This document shows, in pieces, positions 1 through 8,010 of a stretch of DNA of 15,971 bases (position 1 is the first letter of the stretch; each line of letters opens with the position of its first letter). Below the pieces are notes generated by a model, which had not been told where the DNA came from, made no database searches, and was given only the letters and a program-made list of their open reading frames with translations. Position numbers and translations under genes: made by a program. This DNA is from Coleofasciculus sp. B1-GNL1-01 (lineage in GTDB: Bacteria > Cyanobacteriota > Cyanobacteriia > Cyanobacteriales > Coleofasciculaceae), in NCBI GenBank assembly GCA_040220235.1, contig JAVJTO010000110.1; one strand, 5' to 3'.

Positions 1-56
1 CCTCTGGTAACGATTGACTCTCTAAAGGGATTTGACTTGCCTGTACTCGAGTCAAA
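1..56. repeat. Terminal direct repeat, copy 1 (identical to 15916-15971)
   Basis: cctctggtaacgattgactctctaaagggatttgacttgcctgtactcgagtcaaa occurs exactly at both window ends. Confidence 0.97.
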
Positions 57-301
57 CAAACCACCTGGTAAGGCTTGATCCGAGATAACCGTCGTCCCAC
101 TACATCTCCCGGACCCCAAAAGCCAAGGGTAACCAGTTGACCCTCTTCGTTCCAAGTTAGCGATCGCACGATACCTTGTTCAATTTTCCACAGATAGTCT
201 GAACCCAGAGGTAGCAAATCTTTGCGATTAAACGCTTTTTGGGGATACACAACATGCAGACGGGTGGGAAATATATAGGGGATTAATGTGGATAAAGACA
301 T
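1..301 (-). CDS. Crp/Fnr-family transcriptional regulator, 5' part (continues into 15581-15971 across the terminal overlap)
   Basis: Manual translation from ATG at 301-299: MSLSTLIPYIFPTRLHVVYPQKAFNRKDLLPLGSDYLWKIEQGIVRSLTWNEEGQLVTLGFWGPGDVVGRRLSRIKPYQVVC. It has no stop and is in frame with the 15581..15970 ORF. LWKIEQGIVRSLTW...TLGFWGPGDVVG is typical of cyanobacterial Crp-family N-domains. Absent from the ORF track because it runs off the edge. Confidence 0.9.
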   Translation of the reverse strand, partial: MSLSTLIPYIFPTRLHVVYPQKAFNRKDLLPLGSDYLWKIEQGIVRSLTWNEEGQLVTLGFWGPGDVVGRRLSRIKPYQVVCLTRVQASQIPLESQSLPE

Positions 302-596
302 CGGCTGATTGATGGTTAATGGACAAAGAGTTTGAGGTGTGATTAGTTGTCGTTTTGGCACAAAAACATGGGGAATGTACACCGTTAGATCCAGGCGATG
401 CAGCGATTGGTTCGTAGTCTAAACAACCAATTGCCTCTTCCGATAAAGCCTTGCTAGGATGCACGGTACATTTGAGGCGATAATCTCCTGTAAAAAAGGC
501 ACAGTGGCGACAAGGAACTTGATGTAATCGCTTGAAACATTGATCTCTACAAAGGATGGAGCTGTTGCGAACACTCAGAACACAAACCCAAAAATT
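228..596 (-). CDS. Small Cys-rich cyanobacterial hypothetical protein, now fused in frame to a P1B-ATPase fragment (chimeric ORF 228-662)
   Basis: RLHQVPCRHCAFFTGDYRLKCTVHPSKALSEEAIGCLDYEP resembles a conserved small cyanobacterial protein (CxxC...C...HP...C). Its native N-terminus appears replaced. Confidence 0.6.
   Translation of the reverse strand, partial: NFWVCVLSVRNSSILCRDQCFKRLHQVPCRHCAFFTGDYRLKCTVHPSKALSEEAIGCLDYEPIAASPGSNGVHSPCFCAKTTTNHTSNSLSINHQSADVFIHINPLYISHPSACCVSPKSV
547..584. repeat. 38-bp direct repeat, copy 1 (copy 2 at 15463-15500)
   Basis: ctacaaaggatggagctgttgcgaacactcagaacaca versus ctacaaaggatagagctgttgcgaacactcaaaacaca, 36/38 identical. Confidence 0.93.
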
Positions 597-772
597 CAAA
601 ATAGCCGCTCCAATCGCCGCAAGGGTCATCAGCAAGTTCATATCTGCTCGACGCAGTTTCAAAGCAATCCATGCAGCACTAGATTTGCCTGAATGGTTTT
701 GGCACAGTTAGGGCAGTCCATCCCATTAACTATTGCTTGTAAGGTACTGTTCGAGGGGGTTGTTGGGTTCAT
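597..772 (-). pseudogene. Remnant of a heavy-metal P1B-type ATPase (CadA/ZntA-like)
   Basis: ATG 772-770 gives MNPTTPSNSTLQAIVNGMDCPNCAKTIQANL, containing the HMA GMxCxxC motif. A frame-shifting deletion near 680 then joins it to AAWIALKLRRADMNLLMTLAAIGAAIL, the transmembrane DMNxLMxxAxIGA motif. The rest is missing. It is divergent from the ArsR gene. Confidence 0.85.
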
Positions 773-867
773 GAGACAATTGACTATTGAGCAAAGACAG
801 GCGACCTGGATTATGATGCTCTTATCGACAGCCGGGTAATTCGATACAACTCGACCTATCCGGTTCT

Positions 868-889
868 CATATCAGTGATAACTGATATG
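868..889. promoter_or_regulatory. ArsR/SmtB-type operator 1 (9-4-9 inverted repeat)
   Basis: CATATCAGT-gata-ACTGATATG lies between the ATPase remnant and the ArsR gene. Confidence 0.8.
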
Positions 890-906
890 TCTTCTTTAAA
901 GCTATC

Positions 907-936
907 ATTAAATATCAGTAACAACTGATATGTCAA
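907..936 (-). promoter_or_regulatory. Sigma70-like promoter of the ATPase gene with operator 2 (912-931) in its spacer
   Basis: Minus strand TTGACA (936-931), N18, TTTAAT (912-907). ATATCAGT-aaca-ACTGATAT is a near copy of operator 1. Confidence 0.72.
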
Positions 937-949
937 GCCACAAGCCTGT

Positions 950-1220
950 TGCCGCTCGTAAATGTCTACCCACAACTACCCAAAACTCAGCATTTTGGGT
1001 AGGTGGGGTGAGCGTGCAGACTCAGCCGTAAAAAAGAGTAACCTACCATCTAGCAAGGTTGGCTACGCTTCCTTTTGTCATGACACCCAAGAATGAACGC
1101 TAGTTTTTGGCACTGTCGGAACGATCAACGAAAGGACCAGACATCTGAGAAAGCCCTCTGATACTCCATAACAAGCCTTAGAAGCATTGTCGAAGCTTTC
1201 CATTACTTTACGAAGGACTG
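950..1220 (+). ncRNA. HEARO / IscB-type omega-RNA-like scaffold without iscB (ends approximate)
   Basis: Landmarks in the expected order: hairpin ctacccaaaa (976-985) / ttttgggtag (993-1002), CAGACTCAG (1017), CTACG (1063), GTCATGACACC (1077), GAATG..GCTAGT (1091-1104), CTGTCG (1113), AAGCATTGTCGAAGC (1182-1196), CATTAC (1201). Recognised from memory of HEARO scaffolds, not by a covariance-model search. Confidence 0.65.
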
Positions 1221-1277
1221 GTCAAACCGACCAAACAAATTGTCCATAAATTAACGAACAGCAACCTACCCCTATCA

Positions 1278-1640
1278 ATGATTACCAAACCTCAAGTCAC
1301 CAAAACTCAAGCTACTGACCTGAAGGTCAAAATGTTTCGGGGATTTTCTGACTCCTCGCGTTTATCTATCCTTAATGTTTTACGAGATGGACCCAAGAAG
1401 GTCAACGAAATTGTTGAAGCAACAGGACTCACCCAGTCTAATGTTTCCAATCATCTGAGTTGTCTACGCTGTTGCGACTTGGTTGTCCGTCAACAGCAGG
1501 GTCGTTTTGTGTACTACCAACTCAGCGATGCCCGAATCGTCAAACTTCTTGACCTAGCTGATGAATTACTGGCTGATGTGGCTCTTGGTGTAGACTCTTG
1601 CACTCGCTATGATGTGAAAGATAGCGATCAAACAGTTTAA
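1278..1640 (+). CDS. ArsR/SmtB-family metalloregulator, CmtR-like (alpha4C site)
   Basis: Winged HTH (SRLSIL...TQSNVSNHLSCLRCCDLV...GRFVYY). CxxxC in helix 4 plus a C-terminal Cys (CTRY), as in Cd/Pb-sensing CmtR. Confidence 0.9.
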   Translation: MITKPQVTKTQATDLKVKMFRGFSDSSRLSILNVLRDGPKKVNEIVEATGLTQSNVSNHLSCLRCCDLVVRQQQGRFVYYQLSDARIVKLLDLADELLADVALGVDSCTRYDVKDSDQTV

Positions 1641-1671
1641 AATAGGTGTTAAAAGTTAGGGGTCTTCCGTC

Positions 1672-1782
1672 ATGGTTATGAAGCAAAACACCTTGTGGCT
1701 AGAGCAATTGAAATTTAACGAGATGGGATTGATTCCGGCGATTGCCCAGGACTATCAAGACAAAAGGAGCGGATGGAGTTAA
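1672..1782 (+). pseudogene. hisI: 5' stub of phosphoribosyl-AMP cyclohydrolase (HisI-like)
   Basis: MVMKQNTLWLEQLKFNEMGLIPAIAQDYQD matches the HisI N-terminus pattern (LKF...GLIPAIAQD). Similarity stops at about 1761, where isrB sequence begins. Confidence 0.72.
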
Positions 1783-2720
1783 GGCGGGTCATGCGTCGAT
1801 CCAGACGGGGAAGACGGATTAATCGGGAACTACCCTACTCCGAAAGATGTCACCGTCAAGCTCGGTTTGAGAATCGTAGACAAGGCAAATTACCGCCATC
1901 GATTCGGGCAAACAAACAGCTAGAGCTACGGATAGTCAAAGAGTTGTTTAAGTTGTTCCCCATTAGTGCCATTCACTATGAATTGGTTATGGCTGATGTC
2001 GATAGAACCAGTGGGCGCAAGTCGGCTCGGTCTGGTGTTGGGTTTTCTCCGGTGATGGTGGGTCAGCGGCAAATGTTGACTTGGTTGTCTGAGTTAGCGA
2101 CCGTTACAACTCACCAAGGATGGCAAAGGGATGGCAACGGAACCAGTCAGCTTAGGCAATGGTTAGGATTAGCCAAAGACAAGAAAAATAAGGAACAGCA
2201 AATACCAGCCACACACGCTGTTGATGGTGTTACCTTAGCCGCGTTCGAGTTCATCCAATGGCGGGAATGGCACTCTGATAATGCCAAACTTGGGTTATGG
2301 TGTGGTGATGTGCAAGTGACACCTGCACTGTTTGCGGTAATCCGTAGACCGCCAATTAGCCGTAGACAGTTGCATCTGTGCGTCCCATCCAAAGGGGGTC
2401 AGCGCCGGAAATATGGTGGCACTGTTACCCGCCATGGCTTCTCCAAAGGCGACAAAGTTATAGCATTAAAAGCCGGAAAGACTTACATAGGCTGGTGTTC
2501 TGGGGACACCAAGACACAAGTTTCTGTTTCCGATAAAAACTGGAAGCGGTTAGGGCAGTTTAGTGCCAAAAAAGTCCAGTTGTTGCAGCGAAGTACGGGG
2601 TTAATTGTCGTGCCTTCAACTAGACCCTTCAAATCTTCCCTTATTGAAAGGGTCGATTTGACCGCTATCCCTCTCCGGCTTGCTTCGCTCTTATCCGGAG
2701 TCTCACGCGAATTACGATGA
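1762..2720 (+). pseudogene. isrB: 5'-truncated IsrB (RRXRR family, IS200/IS605 OMEGA nickase)
   Basis: Arg-rich bridge helix RRVMRRSRRGRR, LPPSIRA, RuvC-II (IHYELV) and RuvC-III (HAVDG) are present, with no HNH. The PLMP domain, RuvC-I and upstream omega-RNA are absent. Confidence 0.85.
2665..2720 (+). mobile_element. 3' end of the IsrB element with subterminal hairpin and ATGA TAM-like site
   Basis: ctccgg...ccggag stem followed by tctcacgcgaattacg, then ATGA (2717-2720). An NTGA TAM is known for a characterised IsrB. Confidence 0.55.
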
Positions 2721-2754
2721 AGAGTCACTTTTCACGGCGGGTGCTGTAGAATAA

Positions 2755-3879
<1,125 letters not shown>

Positions 3880-3940
3880 GGGAGTGGGGAGTAGCCCCTT
3901 CATCCTTTCATTTTCCCAATTCGTTGAGAGGATTCTTCAG

Positions 3941-5080
3941 ATGATTCATTCAAAAACAAGATTACAACCATCCAGCAATCTCGTTCGTCAGTTTTCTGTA
4001 GTGGTTGTATCCGCGATCGCCGTTAGTTTAGGAAGTTGCCAAACGAATGCACCGACGACAAACACAGATTCACAAGCACAATCGACGACCGCCGCAACAA
4101 CGGATGAGTTACAAGTAGTGACAACGTTTTTGCCCATCACTCAGTTTACCAAAGCGGTGGCGGGCGATCGCGCTGAAGTCGTTCAACTGCTTCCCACTAA
4201 TGTGGGTCCCCACGATTACCAGGCAAAACCAGGTGATGCTCAGGCGATCTCCACTGCTGATGTGCTGGTGAAAAATGGCCTGGAAATGGAGTTCTTCCTG
4301 GATGACATGATCGAAAACGCCGAAAACGCTGACCTGGTGATTATCGACTCCAGCGAAGGCATTGCCACCCTTGATATGGATGATCACGGGCATAATCACG
4401 GGCATGATCACGGTCACGACCATGCCGAAGGGGAAGCCCACGACCATGACCATGCTGAAGCCGGACACCACCACCATCATCATGGCGAATTCAATCCTCA
4501 TGTCTGGTTAGACCCCAAACGGGCGATCGAGCAGGTGGAAAACATTCGGGATGGGCTGATTGCGGCTGATCCAGACGGTGAAGCAGAATACACCGCCAAT
4601 GCCGCTGCCTTTATTGGTGAACTGGAAGCGCTGGATGCCGAAATCACCGAAGAGCTGGCTCCCTTTGCAGGACAAACCTTTGTAGTGTTCCATGATTTCG
4701 CGCCTTACTTTGCCGAGAGCTATGGGCTGGAATCCAAAACGCTGGTGGGCATTCCCGAAGAGAATCCGTCTCCAGAGGACGTGAAGCAAGTAATGGAAAC
4801 AGTGCAGACGGAAGGGCTGAAAACAATCTTGAGCGAACCCCAGGCTGGGCAAAAGACGTTTGAGGCGATCGCCAATGACCTCAACATCGATGTCAGTATG
4901 TTTGACCCCATCGAAACAGGACCAGCCGAAGCGGTGCAACCCGACTATTACCTGACCACAATGCGTCAGAACGTCGAAAATTTAGTAAACAGCTTCGAGG
5001 CATCGAACCAGTCATGGCTTCCTCTCTGGGTGATCCAACCTGTGGCGGTCGTACCCCAACGGGTAGGTCTGCGGTTTTGA
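3941..5080 (+). CDS. znuA: Zinc ABC transporter substrate-binding lipoprotein
   Basis: Lipobox LGSC; cluster A-I ligands PHDY, NPHVW, FHD and SEP; 16-His loop at about 4379-4483. ATG 3941 is preferred over GTG 3884. Confidence 0.93.
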   Translation: MIHSKTRLQPSSNLVRQFSVVVVSAIAVSLGSCQTNAPTTNTDSQAQSTTAATTDELQVVTTFLPITQFTKAVAGDRAEVVQLLPTNVGPHDYQAKPGDAQAISTADVLVKNGLEMEFFLDDMIENAENADLVIIDSSEGIATLDMDDHGHNHGHDHGHDHAEGEAHDHDHAEAGHHHHHHGEFNPHVWLDPKRAIEQVENIRDGLIAADPDGEAEYTANAAAFIGELEALDAEITEELAPFAGQTFVVFHDFAPYFAESYGLESKTLVGIPEENPSPEDVKQVMETVQTEGLKTILSEPQAGQKTFEAIANDLNIDVSMFDPIETGPAEAVQPDYYLTTMRQNVENLVNSFEASNQSWLPLWVIQPVAVVPQRVGLRF

Positions 5081-5107
5081 TACCCGTTCAGTTTGAGTTT
5101 TGAGTTG

Positions 5108-5140
5108 GAACCCTGGGAATTCACGAGGAACTCAGGGTTC
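5108..5140 (+). other. Intercistronic stem-loop after znuA
   Basis: GAACCCTG (5108-5115) ... CAGGGTTC (5133-5140). No U-tract, so more likely an mRNA-stabilising hairpin than a terminator. Confidence 0.5.
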
Positions 5141-5209
5141 GAGGCTGTAGACTAACGGGGGAGAATCAGTATTCAGCAGTCAATTTCTTGTGTAGTAAGG
5201 GGGCGGTAG

Positions 5210-5974
5210 TTGAGCGATTCGGTTTTAGTCATTGATGGGTTAACGGTGTACCGTGAAACTCACCTGGCTGTGGAAAATGTGTCCTTTGAGGTGCAACCCG
5301 GAACAGACACCGCCATCGTCGGACCCAACGGAGCCGGGAAAAGTACTCTGATTCAAGCTGTGCTGGGCATCTTGCCGCGCCAATCGGGGGATGTGTTTGT
5401 CCTGGGGCAGCCCCTGTCTGCTAGGGGCTACTTACCGACCGAGGTGCGGCAACGCATTGCTTACTTGCCGCAAAACTTTTTGTTCGATCGCCGCATTCCC
5501 ATCACTGCCTCTGAGTTAGTAGGACTGGGTTGGGATCGGATGGAACCGCAACTGCCCTGGGCGGGAGGGCGATCGCGCCGTCGCGCCGTGCGGGAGGCGT
5601 TGACGCAAGTGGAGGCATGGCATCTGCGCGACCAACTGGTCAGTAGCTTATCGGGAGGGGAAACCAAACGGGTGCTGCTTGCCTACTGTCTGGTGCGTCC
5701 CCGCTCCCTATTGATTTTGGATGAAGCCCCAGCAGGTTTAGATGTGCGTAGTGAATCTGACTTTTATCAGTTGCTCTATCAACTGAAGCAGGAACAGGGT
5801 TGGGCGATTTTGCAAATTTCCCACGACCTGGATATGGTGCGTCGCAATTGCGATCGCGTCCTCTGCCTGAACCGCACGTTGCTTTGTCAAGGGGTCCCCG
5901 GTCACACCCTCTCACCAGAAAACCTGTCACTGGCTTATGGTTCCGAGTTCGTTCGTTATCATCATTCTTGCTAA
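5210..5974 (+). CDS. znuC: Zinc ABC transporter ATP-binding protein
   Basis: Walker A GPNGAGKST, signature LSGGE, Walker B LLILDE, SHDL, C-terminal YHHSC; TTG start. Confidence 0.94.
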   Translation: MSDSVLVIDGLTVYRETHLAVENVSFEVQPGTDTAIVGPNGAGKSTLIQAVLGILPRQSGDVFVLGQPLSARGYLPTEVRQRIAYLPQNFLFDRRIPITASELVGLGWDRMEPQLPWAGGRSRRRAVREALTQVEAWHLRDQLVSSLSGGETKRVLLAYCLVRPRSLLILDEAPAGLDVRSESDFYQLLYQLKQEQGWAILQISHDLDMVRRNCDRVLCLNRTLLCQGVPGHTLSPENLSLAYGSEFVRYHHSC

Positions 5975-5997
5975 ATTCCCACCGCTAAATTTCCATC

Positions 5998-6855
5998 ATG
6001 ACCATTCAGGCTGAACTCACTCGCATCATTGAACTCTTTCAACTACCCTTTATGCAGCGAGCACTCATCGGTGGAGTGTTAACGGGATTGATGGGCGGAC
6101 TGATGGGGAGTTTCACAATTCTCAGGCAGCTATCATTTTTTAGTGACGCGCTGGGACATTCAGCCTTGCTAGGCATCGGTATTGGATTACTGTTAGGGTT
6201 TGATCCTTCATGGGTGCTGCTGCCGTTTGCGGTCATTTTTGCCCTAGTCGTTGCTTATTTTCTAGAACGCACCCACCTCTGGACTGATGCTCTGTTAAAC
6301 ATCATTTACTCATCCTCCCTGGCGGTGGGAATTATCCTGCTCAGCTTCCGTGATGAATATCAAGGGGGCATCGGCAATCTGCTCTTTGGAGATATTCTCG
6401 CTGTGCAAACGAGTGATCTCATATTTGGCAGTGTGTTGTTAGGAGCTTGTGGGCTGTTTCTTGGCTTGACGTTGCGATCGCAAATTCTCCTCACCCTCAA
6501 TGAACCGATGGCGATCGCTCGTGGGGTGTCGGTGTCGGCTCATCGCACTGCGTTCATTGTGCTGCTGTCGCTGGTGGTGGGAATTTCGATTAAGGCGATC
6601 GGGGTATTACTGGTGAGTGCCTTTGTGGTCATTCCCGCCTGCGCCGCCCGGTTGCTGAGTCGTACATTTGCCAACTACGTGGTGCTATCGGCGGGGCTAG
6701 GGGCGTTGAGTGCGGTGATCGGCATGATAGTTTCTGCGGGGTTCAATTTGCCATCGGGTCCCAGTATTGTGGCAACCCAGTTGGCGATTTTTCTAACAGC
6801 AATGGCATTACCTCGATTGCGTGTCTTAGGACAGGGGGAACCACGCAATGTCTGA
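5998..6855 (+). CDS. znuB: Zinc ABC transporter permease
   Basis: ABC-3 motifs FFSDALGHSALLG, LLFGDIL, IGVLLVSA and PSGPSIV. Confidence 0.94.
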   Translation: MTIQAELTRIIELFQLPFMQRALIGGVLTGLMGGLMGSFTILRQLSFFSDALGHSALLGIGIGLLLGFDPSWVLLPFAVIFALVVAYFLERTHLWTDALLNIIYSSSLAVGIILLSFRDEYQGGIGNLLFGDILAVQTSDLIFGSVLLGACGLFLGLTLRSQILLTLNEPMAIARGVSVSAHRTAFIVLLSLVVGISIKAIGVLLVSAFVVIPACAARLLSRTFANYVVLSAGLGALSAVIGMIVSAGFNLPSGPSIVATQLAIFLTAMALPRLRVLGQGEPRNV

Positions 6856-7174
6856 CTCTGGTATTACTCCCAAAATCTTGAAGATGATCGACATTTTGGA
6901 AGCCCTGGAAACTCTGCTGGATAAAGCTCCCACGCCCGAAGTTGAAGCAATTCTGCAAGAAGCTTGGATTAAGGTAAGTGAAACCTTTCCTGAAGATTTT
7001 AAAGAGGCAACGCGAGAAGATGCTGGGGCAGAAGGACTGCGGCGTTATATTCGAGTCAAGGCATTTTTTGAGAATCCCACTGAGAATCCCATCAGTCCGG
7101 AACAATTAGAAGCCTACTATCGGAATCGTGAGCCTGTGGATGAGGATGAGGCAGAGTTTTTCTTTCCAGAGTGA
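6848..7174 (+). CDS. Acidic hypothetical protein, 108 aa
   Basis: The start overlaps the znuB stop (ATGTCTGA). Helical, Glu/Asp-rich composition; no family recognised. Confidence 0.7.
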   Translation: MSDSGITPKILKMIDILEALETLLDKAPTPEVEAILQEAWIKVSETFPEDFKEATREDAGAEGLRRYIRVKAFFENPTENPISPEQLEAYYRNREPVDEDEAEFFFPE

Positions 7175-7203
7175 GGGGCGATCGCAATCCAAATCGTTCA
7201 TAA

Positions 7204-7290
7204 TCAGTCGTTTGCCTGGAAATAATCGAGAATCCCTTGTGCGATCGCCTGTGCCATTTGGGTTCGAGTGGTACCGATCGCGCTTGGCGC
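7204..7290 (-). pseudogene. Possible C-terminal remnant of an N-acetylmuramoyl-L-alanine amidase (Amidase_3)
   Basis: Minus strand RTQMAQAIAQGILDYFQAND* (7266-7204) resembles the last helix of AmiC-like amidases. VRQAR in a neighbouring frame resembles the RGVRQARF motif. Confidence 0.5.
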
Positions 7291-7299
7291 ACCGCAATC

Positions 7300-7935
7300 T
7301 TAGTACCCGTTCGATTCATCGCGAATTGCAGCAATGCAGGCATTGTCCTCAGCACACAAATATCCCTGACGGAGTTTTTGATTAATGCTCACTACATGAC
7401 GGGCAAACTCTGAATCTGCGTCTTGAATATTGGGTAAATGATGAGCTTGTTGGGGGTTGGTAATGATTGAGCCAGATGCGATATATTTGCCCGCCGGAAT
7501 TTCTACATTCTCGATTAGTGCATGGGACATAACGATACAACCATCCCCAATACGAGCGTTAAACACAGTCGAGCGGAAGCCAATAAAGCAAGCGTTTCCC
7601 ACGTAAGCAGGACCGTGAATTAAAGCCATGTGCGTAATGGAAGCGTTATCGCTAATCCACACGGAGTAAAGCTGTCCATCATCCCCGATGACTCGTCCCT
7701 GTTCCAATCCATGAATCACCGCTCCATCTTGAATGTTTACATTCGCACCAATATAAAACGGCATTCCTTCGTCGGCTCGAATCGAGACACCGGGAGCAAT
7801 GTGAACCTGCGCTCCAATCCGCACATCCCCAATCACGTTGGTCAGAGGGTGGATATAGACGGTGGCATCTAGGGTTGGCTCAGCGAGTTGCTGTGACCAG
7901 GGGGTTGGTGGGGCAGGAATGTTGTACATAGTCAT
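7300..7935 (-). CDS. Stand-alone gamma-carbonic anhydrase, CcmM N-terminal-domain-like, without SSU-like repeats
   Basis: PPTPWS N-terminus, [19 protein letters not shown] and [10 protein letters not shown] (three His ligands), [11 protein letters not shown], and C-terminal [10 protein letters not shown]. It stops at 211 aa. Confidence 0.9.
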   Translation of the reverse strand: MTMYNIPAPPTPWSQQLAEPTLDATVYIHPLTNVIGDVRIGAQVHIAPGVSIRADEGMPFYIGANVNIQDGAVIHGLEQGRVIGDDGQLYSVWISDNASITHMALIHGPAYVGNACFIGFRSTVFNARIGDGCIVMSHALIENVEIPAGKYIASGSIITNPQQAHHLPNIQDADSEFARHVVSINQKLRQGYLCAEDNACIAAIRDESNGY

Positions 7936-7940
7936 GTTAA

Positions 7941-7959
7941 AATGAGAGTGATTATCATT
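7941..7959. promoter_or_regulatory. Zur box in the divergent gamma-CA / cysS promoter
   Basis: AA-TGAGAGTGATTATCA-TT, 7-1-7 type. Confidence 0.85.
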
Positions 7960-8010
7960 CTAAATGCTACTGGGATACTTGATCCAAACCTTGACAATCC
8001 AAAATTTGCC

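Noticed and set aside
932..936. GTCAA as the omega-RNA 5' end, which would make operator 2 the exact guide
   Set aside because: Equally explained as the reverse complement of the TTGACA -35 box; the boundary cannot be fixed without an empty-site allele.
1725..1739. GIDSG in frame upstream of isrB, resembling the RuvC-I GIDPG motif
   Set aside because: It is too close to the bridge helix, preceded by a stop at 1716-1718, and explained as an alternate frame of hisI MGLIPA.
950..2720. omega-RNA and isrB as one cognate element interrupted by arsR
   Set aside because: The scaffold looks IscB/HEARO-type rather than IsrB-type, and intact arsR plus the hisI start lie between them. Two independent insertions are simpler.
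3884..3940. GTG start extending ZnuA
   Set aside because: ATG 3941 gives a more plausible lipoprotein signal peptide.
4379..4483. Short tandem repeats in znuA as a separate repeat element
   Set aside because: Explained by His-rich loop coding.
7942..8010. 23-aa N-terminal extension of CysRS in the ORF track
   Set aside because: It begins inside the Zur box; homology starts at MSLTLYNTL (8011).
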